NCBI GenBank assembly: GCA_963843385.1
Contig: CAWJJY010000007.1
Coordinates: 858,224 to 922,223 of the forward strand
DNA length: 64,000 nt
From: an uncultured Acidobacteriota bacterium
GTDB taxonomy: Bacteria; Acidobacteriota; Vicinamibacteria; Vicinamibacterales; JAKQTR01
Reading direction: 5' to 3'
The notes under the pieces are model-generated. The model ran no database searches, had not been told where the DNA came from, and saw nothing but the letters and a program-made list of their open reading frames with translations. The translations under genes were made by a program, and so were the position numbers. This document shows positions 28,714 through 37,414 of this stretch, one piece after another (the first letter of the stretch is position 1; the number at the start of each line of letters is the position of its first letter).

Positions 28714-28835
28714 CCCGCACTACTCACAAACGCTGCGCGCAAGATCATCGTGCGCCGGCGGCATGCGGGTTTCTCACGCCGCCTGCTTTCGACACCCCCA
28801 AAGCGCAGTGCTCAAGACCTCGCCCGGGCGAGTCC

Positions 28836-28945
28836 TGACCCTTCGGCAGGCTCAGGGTCATCCCGAGCACGGTCGAGGGATGAGCGAAGGCCCGAAGATC
28901 GAACCTTCGATCGAGGCCCGAAGGGCGGACTGTTCGGACCTTCGC
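28836..28945. repeat. REP-like palindromic cluster between convergent genes
   Basis: hairpins TGACCCTTCGGCAGGCTCAGGGTCA and TCATCCCGAGCACGGTCGAGGGATGA; inverted repeat GCGAAGGCCCGAA...TTCGGACCTTCGC. Confidence 0.7.
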
Positions 28946-29118
28946 GAATAATCCGGGCCAGTGGCCCGTCTCCGCTGAAGCGCGAGTGCGACGCGGAACG
29001 CGGCGCCCGGATGGCTATGCGCGAGACGCCAGATCATTGGCAGGACCTGAGCGTTCGGCAACGCAGCGAGAAGAGTTGAAGCGCCGGTTGAATGCAGACA
29101 GACCTTCACCACGGGCTG

Positions 29119-30324
29119 CTAGTCCATCGAAGGAACGACCCGGCGGAAATCCTGGCGCGCGGCCTGCAGTTGGAGGACGTGCTCAGCTTCCTGCGCGGGA
29201 TCCGGTGGCTGCTTGTCTCGTGCCGCCCGCTGTCGGAGGAATGCCAGTTCGCTGGCCGCGTGGTGATAGGACCGGCTGGCTCGCAAGGCGGCGCGTCCGC
29301 CACGAGACCATGCGTTCAGCGACTCGCGGGCGCGCTCGCTCATGCTGGCCAGTCGCTGGAGCTCCGCCGGGGCCATCTGCCCGGACGCGACTTCCGGGGC
29401 CAGCCTCACTGCGACGATCCGCCCTTCCCGGCGAAGTGAGAATCCCACGAGCGCAGCCAGGGCAACCAGCAGCGGCACCATGACGATCGCGTAGATCGCG
29501 AAGAACACGCAGCCCGCTGACGCACCCGCGTTCCACAACGCGTGGAGGGTAATGGCCGCGATGAGCCCGGCGGGCGGTGCGGCGATTCTGATCCACCGGC
29601 GGTGGGTCTGCTGGGCAATTCCCATCCCGACTCCGGACATGGCGGTGAATAACGGGTGCGAGAACGGCGCCATGACGCCGCGCAGGGTGAAGGTGACCGC
29701 GAGCCCCCGTGGACCGTCCTGGACCAGGGCGTTGCCGTAGTACTCGACATTCTCCATCAACGCGAACCCAAGGCCGACCATCGCCGCGTAGATGACGCCG
29801 TCGATGACGCCGTCGAACTCATCGGGCTTCATGAAGAAGAAGGCGAACAGCACGAACGCCTTCACGGTTTCCTCGATGACGGGCGTCAGGACAATCGTCG
29901 AAACAGACTCGCCGGCCAGAATGTCCGCCATCCCATTGAGAAACCCGGCGCCGACGACCGCCACCGACGCGCCCCAGAGAAAGGCAATCGCCAGCATCCA
30001 TCGGGGCTCGGGTTCGAAACGGTCCATCAGCAGGAAGATGGCCAGGTAGGCGGGCAGCGGCGCGAAGGCGACCAGCAGGGCCGACACCATCGCCGCAAGG
30101 CCGAAGGATACCTCCGTCACGAGCAGCACCAGCCCGGCGGTCGCCGCCAGCGCTACGATGAGGCCAACGACGGCTGTGCGCCTCCTGCCGTTCGACAGGT
30201 TCGATGCCCCGACGCCACGGTGCAGCGCGGCCTCCGTCGTGTCAGCACGGGCGGGGGCGGACTCGGTCCGGTTTGATTGGTAGGGCAGACCGGGCGTGCG
30301 ATCGGATTCTGGGGTTGTCGCCAT
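29119..30324 (-). CDS. prsW: PrsW family intramembrane metalloprotease
   Basis: DRFEPEP, PVIEETVK, GLGFALMEN, HPLFT, LHALWN. Confidence 0.9.
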   Translation of the reverse strand: MATTPESDRTPGLPYQSNRTESAPARADTTEAALHRGVGASNLSNGRRRTAVVGLIVALAATAGLVLLVTEVSFGLAAMVSALLVAFAPLPAYLAIFLLMDRFEPEPRWMLAIAFLWGASVAVVGAGFLNGMADILAGESVSTIVLTPVIEETVKAFVLFAFFFMKPDEFDGVIDGVIYAAMVGLGFALMENVEYYGNALVQDGPRGLAVTFTLRGVMAPFSHPLFTAMSGVGMGIAQQTHRRWIRIAAPPAGLIAAITLHALWNAGASAGCVFFAIYAIVMVPLLVALAALVGFSLRREGRIVAVRLAPEVASGQMAPAELQRLASMSERARESLNAWSRGGRAALRASRSYHHAASELAFLRQRAARDKQPPDPAQEAEHVLQLQAARQDFRRVVPSMD

Positions 30325-30558
30325 GAATGGCCGCGGGGCGTCTGCCAGCATAGCAGACCGCATGAGTGAAGCCGGCGCGGAATCTGGCTCACGGAGCGAT
30401 CTGCCCGGATCGCGGGAACAGCGCGGCGGCTCCGCGGAACGGAAGAACTCCATCTCACGGAGTACGACAAGGGCGGGCCGCAAGACGCTCGACTTCACAG
30501 GTTCGATGCGCCAGGCGGTGCCGTCGCCCTGAGCGACCCGACCACCTGAGAGCGGAGG

Positions 30559-32130
30559 CTACTTCGCCGCCGATACCATGATCTCGACCTTGGCCTCGGG
30601 TCTGACGAGGCCGACTCCCATGAGCGCGACCGCCGGAAGCTGCCCGCCGCGGGCCGCCTTGAGCTGTTCGAGTATCGGGCCCGCCGCCGACAAATCAGTC
30701 ACGTAGACGAGGCTGTCGGTGACGTGGCTCCAGTCGAAGCCCGCGGCCTTGAGCGTCCGGCCGATGCGCGCCAGCAACTCCGTTGTTTCGGCCCGCGCGT
30801 CGCCCTTCGTTTCGGGCGTGCTGCCCAGCATGCCGGAGGCGAACAGGCGCGGGCCTGCGACGATGGCCGCGCTGAGGTTCGGGTTGGGCGTTGCCGCCGT
30901 GCCGTCGGCGTTGGGCGTGGCGACGGCCCGCTTGATCGCAGACTTGACGGCGATGAGCGTGACCTCCACGAGATAGTCGGGACCGGTCAGCGCGGCGCGG
31001 ACGGTGGCCCGGGCCGGCGGATCGCGCGGGAACCATGTGCGATAGACGGCATTCATCGGCTCGGCTTGCGCGGTGTCGGTGAGAAACACCCGTGCACTCA
31101 CGACGTCGCGAAGCGTCATGCCCGCCGCGCCGAGAATGGCCGCCGCGTTCTCGCCAATCACTTTCATCTGTGCGGCCATGTCACCCTTGAGAAGGGTGTA
31201 GTCCTGGCCTTTTCTCGACACGAGGCCCGAGAGGTAGACCGTATCTCCCGAGCGGATGGCGTAGGTATAGGGGCTGTCGGGACGCTTCCACCCGGCGGGC
31301 TGCACGACCTCGCGCGGCGCGCCCCTTCGAAGCGCCACCGCCGATATCCCCAGCTTGGCATCCGCATCAGCCAGATCGGCGACGATCGTCGTGCGTGACG
31401 GGGGATCCTTCGGCCAGAACTTCGCGTACGCCTCGTTCATGGCCTTGAAGTCGTCCGGCTTGCGCAGCACCACGTTGACGGTGACCACCTGGGACAGGCT
31501 GGTTTCGGCCTGTTTCAGCACCCCCTCGAGCGCAGTCAGCACACGGGCGGTCTGATCGGCGATCTCGTCTGGGCCCGATCCCGGCGCCTTCCCCGGAAGG
31601 ATCATCGAGACGTGCACGAACGGGCCGCCGGTAGTGAACGCGGCCGCGTCGGGCAGGGGCGGCCGAGGCGGCGTCAGCACCCGATCGGCTTCCATGCTGG
31701 CCCAGTCGCCGACCACGCTCTTGTCGGAGTCGGAGAGCCTGGCGTCCTTGTGCAGCATCAGGTATTGCTTGAGCGGCATGTCGCCCTTCATGACCTCGTC
31801 GTTGATGGCTGTCAGCTTGCGGGACATCAGCTTGGGCGGATAGGTGGTCCACCGGGAGAAGTCGACCTTCTTGCGCGCCGAGGTGACGTCATCCGCAATC
31901 ATCCAGGACATCGGTGCGATGTTGCTGTACCAGGGCCAGCGCGTGCGGCTCGAGTGGCAGTCGTAACAGCTGCGCTCGAGAATCGCGGTGACATCCGCCG
32001 GCGCGCGGCCGGTTTCGAGCGCCTGCGCAGGATCGAACGGGGGGTTGGAGCGATCCGGGCGGTAGAGCTGGATCACCACGAAGAGCCCCACCACGGCCAA
32101 GCCGACGCGCGAGAGCAGCCTTCGATTCAT
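30559..32130 (-). CDS. haem-binding (CxxCH) domain fused to three tandem RidA/YjgF domains
   Basis: N-terminal TM; SCYDCHS...WPWYS...MP haem domain; three RidA repeats (MNEAY..FW..PPSRTT; MNAVY..WF..PPARAT; VEIMV). Confidence 0.85.
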   Translation of the reverse strand: MNRRLLSRVGLAVVGLFVVIQLYRPDRSNPPFDPAQALETGRAPADVTAILERSCYDCHSSRTRWPWYSNIAPMSWMIADDVTSARKKVDFSRWTTYPPKLMSRKLTAINDEVMKGDMPLKQYLMLHKDARLSDSDKSVVGDWASMEADRVLTPPRPPLPDAAAFTTGGPFVHVSMILPGKAPGSGPDEIADQTARVLTALEGVLKQAETSLSQVVTVNVVLRKPDDFKAMNEAYAKFWPKDPPSRTTIVADLADADAKLGISAVALRRGAPREVVQPAGWKRPDSPYTYAIRSGDTVYLSGLVSRKGQDYTLLKGDMAAQMKVIGENAAAILGAAGMTLRDVVSARVFLTDTAQAEPMNAVYRTWFPRDPPARATVRAALTGPDYLVEVTLIAVKSAIKRAVATPNADGTAATPNPNLSAAIVAGPRLFASGMLGSTPETKGDARAETTELLARIGRTLKAAGFDWSHVTDSLVYVTDLSAAGPILEQLKAARGGQLPAVALMGVGLVRPEAKVEIMVSAAK

Positions 32131-32319
32131 CAGGTGTCTCCTGCGAGGACAGTTGTCGGTATTTTACACCTTGCCGCTAGGTGCATCCGGGTGCCCGAGG
32201 CGACGCGCTGGCGCCCCAATCGCGCGCCTCATGGGCATGCGCGGTATCACGCGATCTTCAGTGGGCCGGCTCGTGATTGGCCGCCGCACCGTGGTATAAG
32301 TCGAATCCGAGGGGCACAA

Positions 32320-33042
32320 GTGAACAACCCGCGCTCGGCCGGCGCGAAGCCGGTGACCCGTCGCGTCTACTACGTCCACGGGTTTGCATCTTCTGCGGCG
32401 TCGGCCAAGGCAACCTACTTCTCCGAGCGCCTCCGCGCATCCGGCGTCCCGTTCTGGTGTCCGGACTTCAACGAGCCGGAGTTCTTTTCGCTGACGGTCT
32501 CGCGAATGCTGGAACGGATCGAGGGCGATCTGGCCGGGTTCGATCCGGGGCCGGTTGCGCTGGTCGGCTCGAGTCTTGGAGGCCTGGTTGCGTTTCATGC
32601 GGCGGCGCGGCAGTCGGCGGCCCGGCGTGTAGCGGGTTCGACGCTCCCGACGGCGCCGATCGATCGGCTGGTCCTGCTCGCGCCGGCGCTGGACTTCTGC
32701 CGCGGCAACTCGGGCGGGTTCGAACCGGCAGTGCTGGAGCGGTGGCGCACGACCGGCCAACTAGAGGTGTTCCACCACGGCGACCAGGTGATGCGATCGG
32801 TGGGATACCGGCTCTACCTGGATGCCCAGCGGTACGAGTCTTTCACGGCCATCGTGCCCGTGCCGACGCTGATCTTCCAGGGACGAGGCGACACGCTGGT
32901 CGACCCTGTCATGGTGCAGCGGTTCGCCGAATCCAGGCCGCATGTCTCGCTACGGCTGCTCGCGGATGATCACCGGTTGACGTCGAGCCTCGAGACGATC
33001 TGGCGGGAAACCAAGGCCTTCCTCGGTCTGGCCCTGGCGTGA
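32320..33042 (+). CDS. YqiA/YcfP-like alpha/beta hydrolase
   Basis: YVHGFASS, GSSLGG, LLAPA, QGRGD, DDH. Confidence 0.88.
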   Translation: MNNPRSAGAKPVTRRVYYVHGFASSAASAKATYFSERLRASGVPFWCPDFNEPEFFSLTVSRMLERIEGDLAGFDPGPVALVGSSLGGLVAFHAAARQSAARRVAGSTLPTAPIDRLVLLAPALDFCRGNSGGFEPAVLERWRTTGQLEVFHHGDQVMRSVGYRLYLDAQRYESFTAIVPVPTLIFQGRGDTLVDPVMVQRFAESRPHVSLRLLADDHRLTSSLETIWRETKAFLGLALA

Positions 33043-33149
33043 TTCCAGGGCCCAGTCGACCTGACAGCCTGCCTCACGGGTGTCGCGGAGCCGAACGCGG
33101 TTCAGCGCCACCGCACCGGCCATGGGGAGGATTCGCTCGAGCGCCGCCG

Positions 33150-33914
33150 CTATCCGTCCAGGCCGGACCACCGTGTTTGCGGCGGGCGCAGCACGTCGAT
33201 ATTGGCGACCAGCGGTTCGTTGAGGAATGCCACCAGCGGCGCGATGGCCTTGAACACACCGACCACACCTCGATAGAAGCCCGGCGAGATGGCGAATTCC
33301 GCAGGCTGCTCCAGGAAGGCGAGAAACTGCCGGTGCTTCAGGAACTCGGCTGCGGGGTGATCGGCGGGAAACCCTCGGGGAGCCCGCTGCAGCTTGTCGC
33401 CCTCGAGCGCCCCGACGGCCTTGCGGAAGGACCGCGCAGACACGATGCGACGAAACCGGGGGTACTGCTCCGCAATGTGCTCCCGCACGAGGTGGAGTTG
33501 GGAGGTGGACGGCATGTACATGCCGCCGCCGACCCAGACGTGTTTCGGGGCGACCTCGAGATAGCACCCCGCGCCCTCGTGCTTGGGGAGCAGGCGATGG
33601 GGAAACACCGCGGAGACGTTGGTCTTGAGGGGCGACTTGTCGGCGCTGAACCGCGTGTCGCGGTAGATGCGGTACATGGACACGCGAGGGGAGGCCACAA
33701 GGTCCGGCGCGAATCCCGCAAACGCCTCGGCCAGGCGCTCGATGAGGGCGATCATCGGGGCTCGAACCAGCTCCTCGTGCTGCGCCTTGCGCGGGGCGAA
33801 CCACTCCCGGCGGTTGTTGCGGGCGAGCGCGCGGAGAAAGGCGAGCGATGCTGCCGTAAACCGGGGAGCAGGGCCCCCGGATCCCTTGCGTTCGACGATG
33901 CTCCGAACTGACAC
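33150..33914 (-). CDS. DUF2461 (TIGR02453) family protein
   Basis: FL..LA.NN.REWF, RIYRDTRFS.DKSP.K, L.R.PRGF..DHP. Confidence 0.9.
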   Translation of the reverse strand: MSVRSIVERKGSGGPAPRFTAASLAFLRALARNNRREWFAPRKAQHEELVRAPMIALIERLAEAFAGFAPDLVASPRVSMYRIYRDTRFSADKSPLKTNVSAVFPHRLLPKHEGAGCYLEVAPKHVWVGGGMYMPSTSQLHLVREHIAEQYPRFRRIVSARSFRKAVGALEGDKLQRAPRGFPADHPAAEFLKHRQFLAFLEQPAEFAISPGFYRGVVGVFKAIAPLVAFLNEPLVANIDVLRPPQTRWSGLDG

Positions 33915-34038
33915 GCGTGCCCTCCAGAGTGGGGTGATTCGGGGACGAGTGTAACGCGACGGAGCCTGATGTGCCAGCCCCTGCGCGGCTTTCGGAATAA
34001 CCGACCACTAAAGTGGGTTATTCTAGACAGGAGGCCCC

Positions 34039-34986
34039 ATGGTCATCTGGTCGGCTCCGGACGTCAGGTCCTCGGAAATGACGGACGAGTCGCTCTATCT
34101 TCGTCGACGGGAATTCCTGCGGTTGGCGGCCCTGCCGCTTGTCGGAGCGGCGGCCGCTGGAGTTCCATTGCTCGGTGCGGCGCCGGAACAGGACCTCATC
34201 CCCGGCGTCAGGCCCGGACCGTTCAGCACCGACGAGAAGCGGACGCCGTACGGCGACATCACCAGCTACAACAACTTCTACGAGTTCGGCACCGACAAGT
34301 CGTCGCCCGCTCGAACCGCCGGCTCGCTCCGGACCCGGCCCTGGAGTGTGGTCGTGGACGGGGAGGTGAACAAGCCGGCCACCTACAACCTGGAGGATCT
34401 GCTGAAGCCCCATCCGCTCGAGGAGCGCGTCTACCGCCACCGCTGCGTGGAGGGGTGGTCGATGGTGATTCCGTGGGTCGGGTTCCCGCTCGGCAATTTC
34501 ATCAAGCGCGTCGAGCCCTCGTCAAAGGCGCGGTTCGTCGAGTTCACGACGCTGTTCGATCCCGCCCAGATGCCCGGTCAGCACGTCCCGATCCTGAAAT
34601 GGCCCTATGTCGAAGGGCTTCGGTTGGACGAGGCGATGAATCCCCTCGCGCTGCTCGCGGTGGGGCTGTACGGCAAGGTTCTGCCCAATCAGGACGGGGC
34701 GCCGCTGCGGCTGGTGGTGCCGTGGAAGTACGGGTTCAAGAGCATCAAGTCGATCGTGCGAATCAGGTTCGTCGAGCAGCAGCCGGTCAACTCCTGGCAG
34801 CTCTACGCACCCCGGGAATACGGCTTCTACTCGAACGTCAATCCGGAGGTCGATCACCCGCGCTGGAGCCAGGCGAGCGAGCGCCGCATCGGGGAGTTCT
34901 TCAAGCGGAAGACGCTCATGTTCAACGGCTACGGCGACCAGGTGGCGTCGATGTACGCGGGGATGGACCTGCGCCGGAACTACTGA
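34039..34986 (+). CDS. msrP: methionine sulfoxide reductase catalytic subunit MsrP
   Basis: Tat [39 protein letters not shown]. Confidence 0.96.
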   Translation: MVIWSAPDVRSSEMTDESLYLRRREFLRLAALPLVGAAAAGVPLLGAAPEQDLIPGVRPGPFSTDEKRTPYGDITSYNNFYEFGTDKSSPARTAGSLRTRPWSVVVDGEVNKPATYNLEDLLKPHPLEERVYRHRCVEGWSMVIPWVGFPLGNFIKRVEPSSKARFVEFTTLFDPAQMPGQHVPILKWPYVEGLRLDEAMNPLALLAVGLYGKVLPNQDGAPLRLVVPWKYGFKSIKSIVRIRFVEQQPVNSWQLYAPREYGFYSNVNPEVDHPRWSQASERRIGEFFKRKTLMFNGYGDQVASMYAGMDLRRNY

Positions 34987-34999
34987 CCGGCCTTGGCGA

Positions 35000-35629
35000 T
35001 TGACTGGGGACCTCTTGATCAAGATCCTGAAGATCCTGACGTTTGTCGCAGCGCTCGTGCCCGTCGGGTGGCTCGGCTGGGGAGCATGGGCGGGGGACCT
35101 GGGCGCCAATCCGATCGAGACCATCACCTGGGAAACCGGAATCTGGACGCTGCGCCTGGTGGTGTGTACCATCGCGGTCACGCCCATGAGGCGACTGACG
35201 GGCTGGAACGACCTGATCCGGTTCCGCCGGATGCTGGGGCTGTTCGCCTTCTTCTACGGGTCGCTGCACTTTTTGACCTATCTCTGGCTCGACAAGTTCT
35301 TTGCGCTGGATGAGATCGTGAAGGATGTTTACAAGAGGCCCTTCATCACGGTCGGTTTCACCGCGCTCACGCTCATGGTGCCGCTGGCGCTGACCTCGAC
35401 AACCGGCATGATCCGCCGGCTGGGAGGCCGCGTCTGGCGGCGGCTGCACCGCCTGGTCTACGTGGTTGCCGTGGCGGGAGTGGTCCACTACTGGTGGCTC
35501 GTCAAGGCCGACATCAGGCGGCCTCGCATCTACGCCCTCATCGTCGCGGCGTTGCTGGGTTACCGGCTGGTCGTGTGGCTGACACGCCGCCGGCCCGCCC
35601 GGTCGACCTTTGCTGTTCAAAGAACTTGA
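35000..35629 (+). CDS. msrQ: methionine sulfoxide reductase haem subunit MsrQ
   Basis: LGANP, RRMLGLFAFFY..LH, W..LHRLVY. Confidence 0.95.
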   Translation: MTGDLLIKILKILTFVAALVPVGWLGWGAWAGDLGANPIETITWETGIWTLRLVVCTIAVTPMRRLTGWNDLIRFRRMLGLFAFFYGSLHFLTYLWLDKFFALDEIVKDVYKRPFITVGFTALTLMVPLALTSTTGMIRRLGGRVWRRLHRLVYVVAVAGVVHYWWLVKADIRRPRIYALIVAALLGYRLVVWLTRRRPARSTFAVQRT

Positions 35630-35670
35630 CACAGTCTCCGCCCAGGTGGTTCACTAGCCGGCAGAGAAGC

Positions 35671-36285
35671 GTGGACGATCCGTCTCCGATTCAGCAGCCC
35701 GTCCAGGACCCGGCGGCGCTTCACGCGTACGCGCTGGATCACCTGCGCTACATCCGCGACACCATGGAACGGGCGGTGTCGTTTACGGCCATCTCGGGCA
35801 AGGCTCAGGTGCTGGTCGGCGTCATCGGGCTCTGCGCGGCGGTGGTGGCCCGGATGGCAGCCAGCAGAGCGCTCTGGCTGGAGATATGGCTCGCCTCAGC
35901 CGTCCTGTCGGCGGCAGTGGCCGGCGTCGGGTTGTGGCGAAAGTCGAAGCGGCTCCGGGTCCCGCTGTTCACGGGCCCGGCCCGCAAATTCGCGCTGAGC
36001 TTCCTGCCGCCGATCTTTGCGGGGGCAGTGCTCACGCTCGTGCTCGCCCGCGCCGGCCTGCACGGGACGCTGCCGGCCGTGTGGCTGCTCCTGTTCGGGG
36101 CCGGCGTCATCGCCGGCGGCGCGTTCTCCGTTCCGCCGGTGCCGGTGATGGGCGCGTGCTTCCTGGCGCTGGGCACGGTGGCCGCATTGGGACCTCCCGG
36201 CTGGGGCGACCTGCTGATGGCGCTTGGATTCGGGGTGATGCACCTGGTCTTCGGGACTGTCATTGCGATGAGGTACGGTGGCTAG
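35671..36285 (+). CDS. membrane protein, hypothetical
   Basis: LRYIRDTMERA N-terminus, several TM segments, ends RYGG; coupled to the HTH gene. Confidence 0.75.
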   Translation: MDDPSPIQQPVQDPAALHAYALDHLRYIRDTMERAVSFTAISGKAQVLVGVIGLCAAVVARMAASRALWLEIWLASAVLSAAVAGVGLWRKSKRLRVPLFTGPARKFALSFLPPIFAGAVLTLVLARAGLHGTLPAVWLLLFGAGVIAGGAFSVPPVPVMGACFLALGTVAALGPPGWGDLLMALGFGVMHLVFGTVIAMRYGG

Positions 36286-36673
36286 ACACAGCACGGCAAG
36301 TCGTGTTCACGCGCGCAAGGACAGCGACGAGGACGCCCCGGCGCGCCCGGTCCGCGCGGGGGTGGCCATCGAACCGGCCGTCCCGAAACTGGACCGCGTC
36401 ATCCACGAGCGCGTCCGCCTCGGGGTGTTGTCCGCCCTGGCGGTCAACTCCGCGCTCACCTTCACCGAGCTCAAGGCGCTGCTCGGCACGACCGACGGCA
36501 ACCTCAGCGTACATGCGCGGAAGCTCGAGGACGCCGGCTACGTCACCTGCACGAAGTCGTTCGAGGGACGGCATCCGCGCACGGAATACCGGCTCGCCGC
36601 CTCCGGCCGCCGGGCGCTGGACCGCTATCTCGATCACATGGAGGCGCTCATCCGCGCCATGCGGGACCGCTAG
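36278..36673 (+). CDS. winged-helix transcriptional regulator (HTH_34/MarR-like)
   Basis: IHERVRL, TDGNLSVH.RKLE.AGY, PRTEY.L...GR. Confidence 0.9.
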   Translation: MARHSTASRVHARKDSDEDAPARPVRAGVAIEPAVPKLDRVIHERVRLGVLSALAVNSALTFTELKALLGTTDGNLSVHARKLEDAGYVTCTKSFEGRHPRTEYRLAASGRRALDRYLDHMEALIRAMRDR

Positions 36674-37332
36674 GTCGTTTCCTTCTTCGGCTCTTCGCCG
36701 CCCGACGCCCGCCGCTTCTGCCGCCACGAGTTCAGATACGCGATGATGCCCGGCAGCAAGGACAGGAAGATCACGATCGCCACGACGATGTGAATCCGGC
36801 TTTCGATGTTCGGCACGATCCGCCCGAGGAAGTAGCCGGTCAAGGTCATGCTGTTGATCCACAGGACCGCGCCGACCACGTTGAAGGTCGCGAAGCGCCG
36901 GTAGGTCATCCCCGCCGCACCCGCCACGACCGGCGCGAAGGTCCGCACGATCGGCATGAACTGCGCGAGAATGATCGTTTTCCCGCCGTGCCGCTCGTAG
37001 AACTCGTGGGTACGTACCAGGTGCTCCCGCCTGAAGAAGAAGGAGTTCGGCCTGTTGTACAGCGCCTGGCCGGCCCGGCTGCCGATGAAGTAACCCGTGC
37101 CGTTTCCAACGACCGCGGCCGCCATCAGGCACGGAAGCAGCCACGCGATCTGCAGATCCCCGCGCGCGGCAAACAGCCCTGCCGTCACGAGCAGCGAATC
37201 GCCAGGGAGAAAGAAGCCGACCATCAATCCGGTTTCTGCGAAGATGATGAAGATCAGGCCGGCCAGCCCGACCAACCGTATGAGCTCGGGCACGTTGTAG
37301 ACGAGTCGAAAGAATTCCTGGATCAGATCCAC
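36670..37332 (-). CDS. DedA/VTT family membrane protein
   Basis: FAETGL..GFFLPGDSLL, FYERHGGK, P.VRTFAP.VAG. Confidence 0.92.
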   Translation of the reverse strand: MDLIQEFFRLVYNVPELIRLVGLAGLIFIIFAETGLMVGFFLPGDSLLVTAGLFAARGDLQIAWLLPCLMAAAVVGNGTGYFIGSRAGQALYNRPNSFFFRREHLVRTHEFYERHGGKTIILAQFMPIVRTFAPVVAGAAGMTYRRFATFNVVGAVLWINSMTLTGYFLGRIVPNIESRIHIVVAIVIFLSLLPGIIAYLNSWRQKRRASGGEEPKKETT

Positions 37333-37414
37333 GAAAGCTCCTTGCCTTGCCGCTTGGGAGGGACCGCGCTGGCGGACCGTCAAGTATACAACGCTCTGGT
37401 ATGCTGATGGCGCG

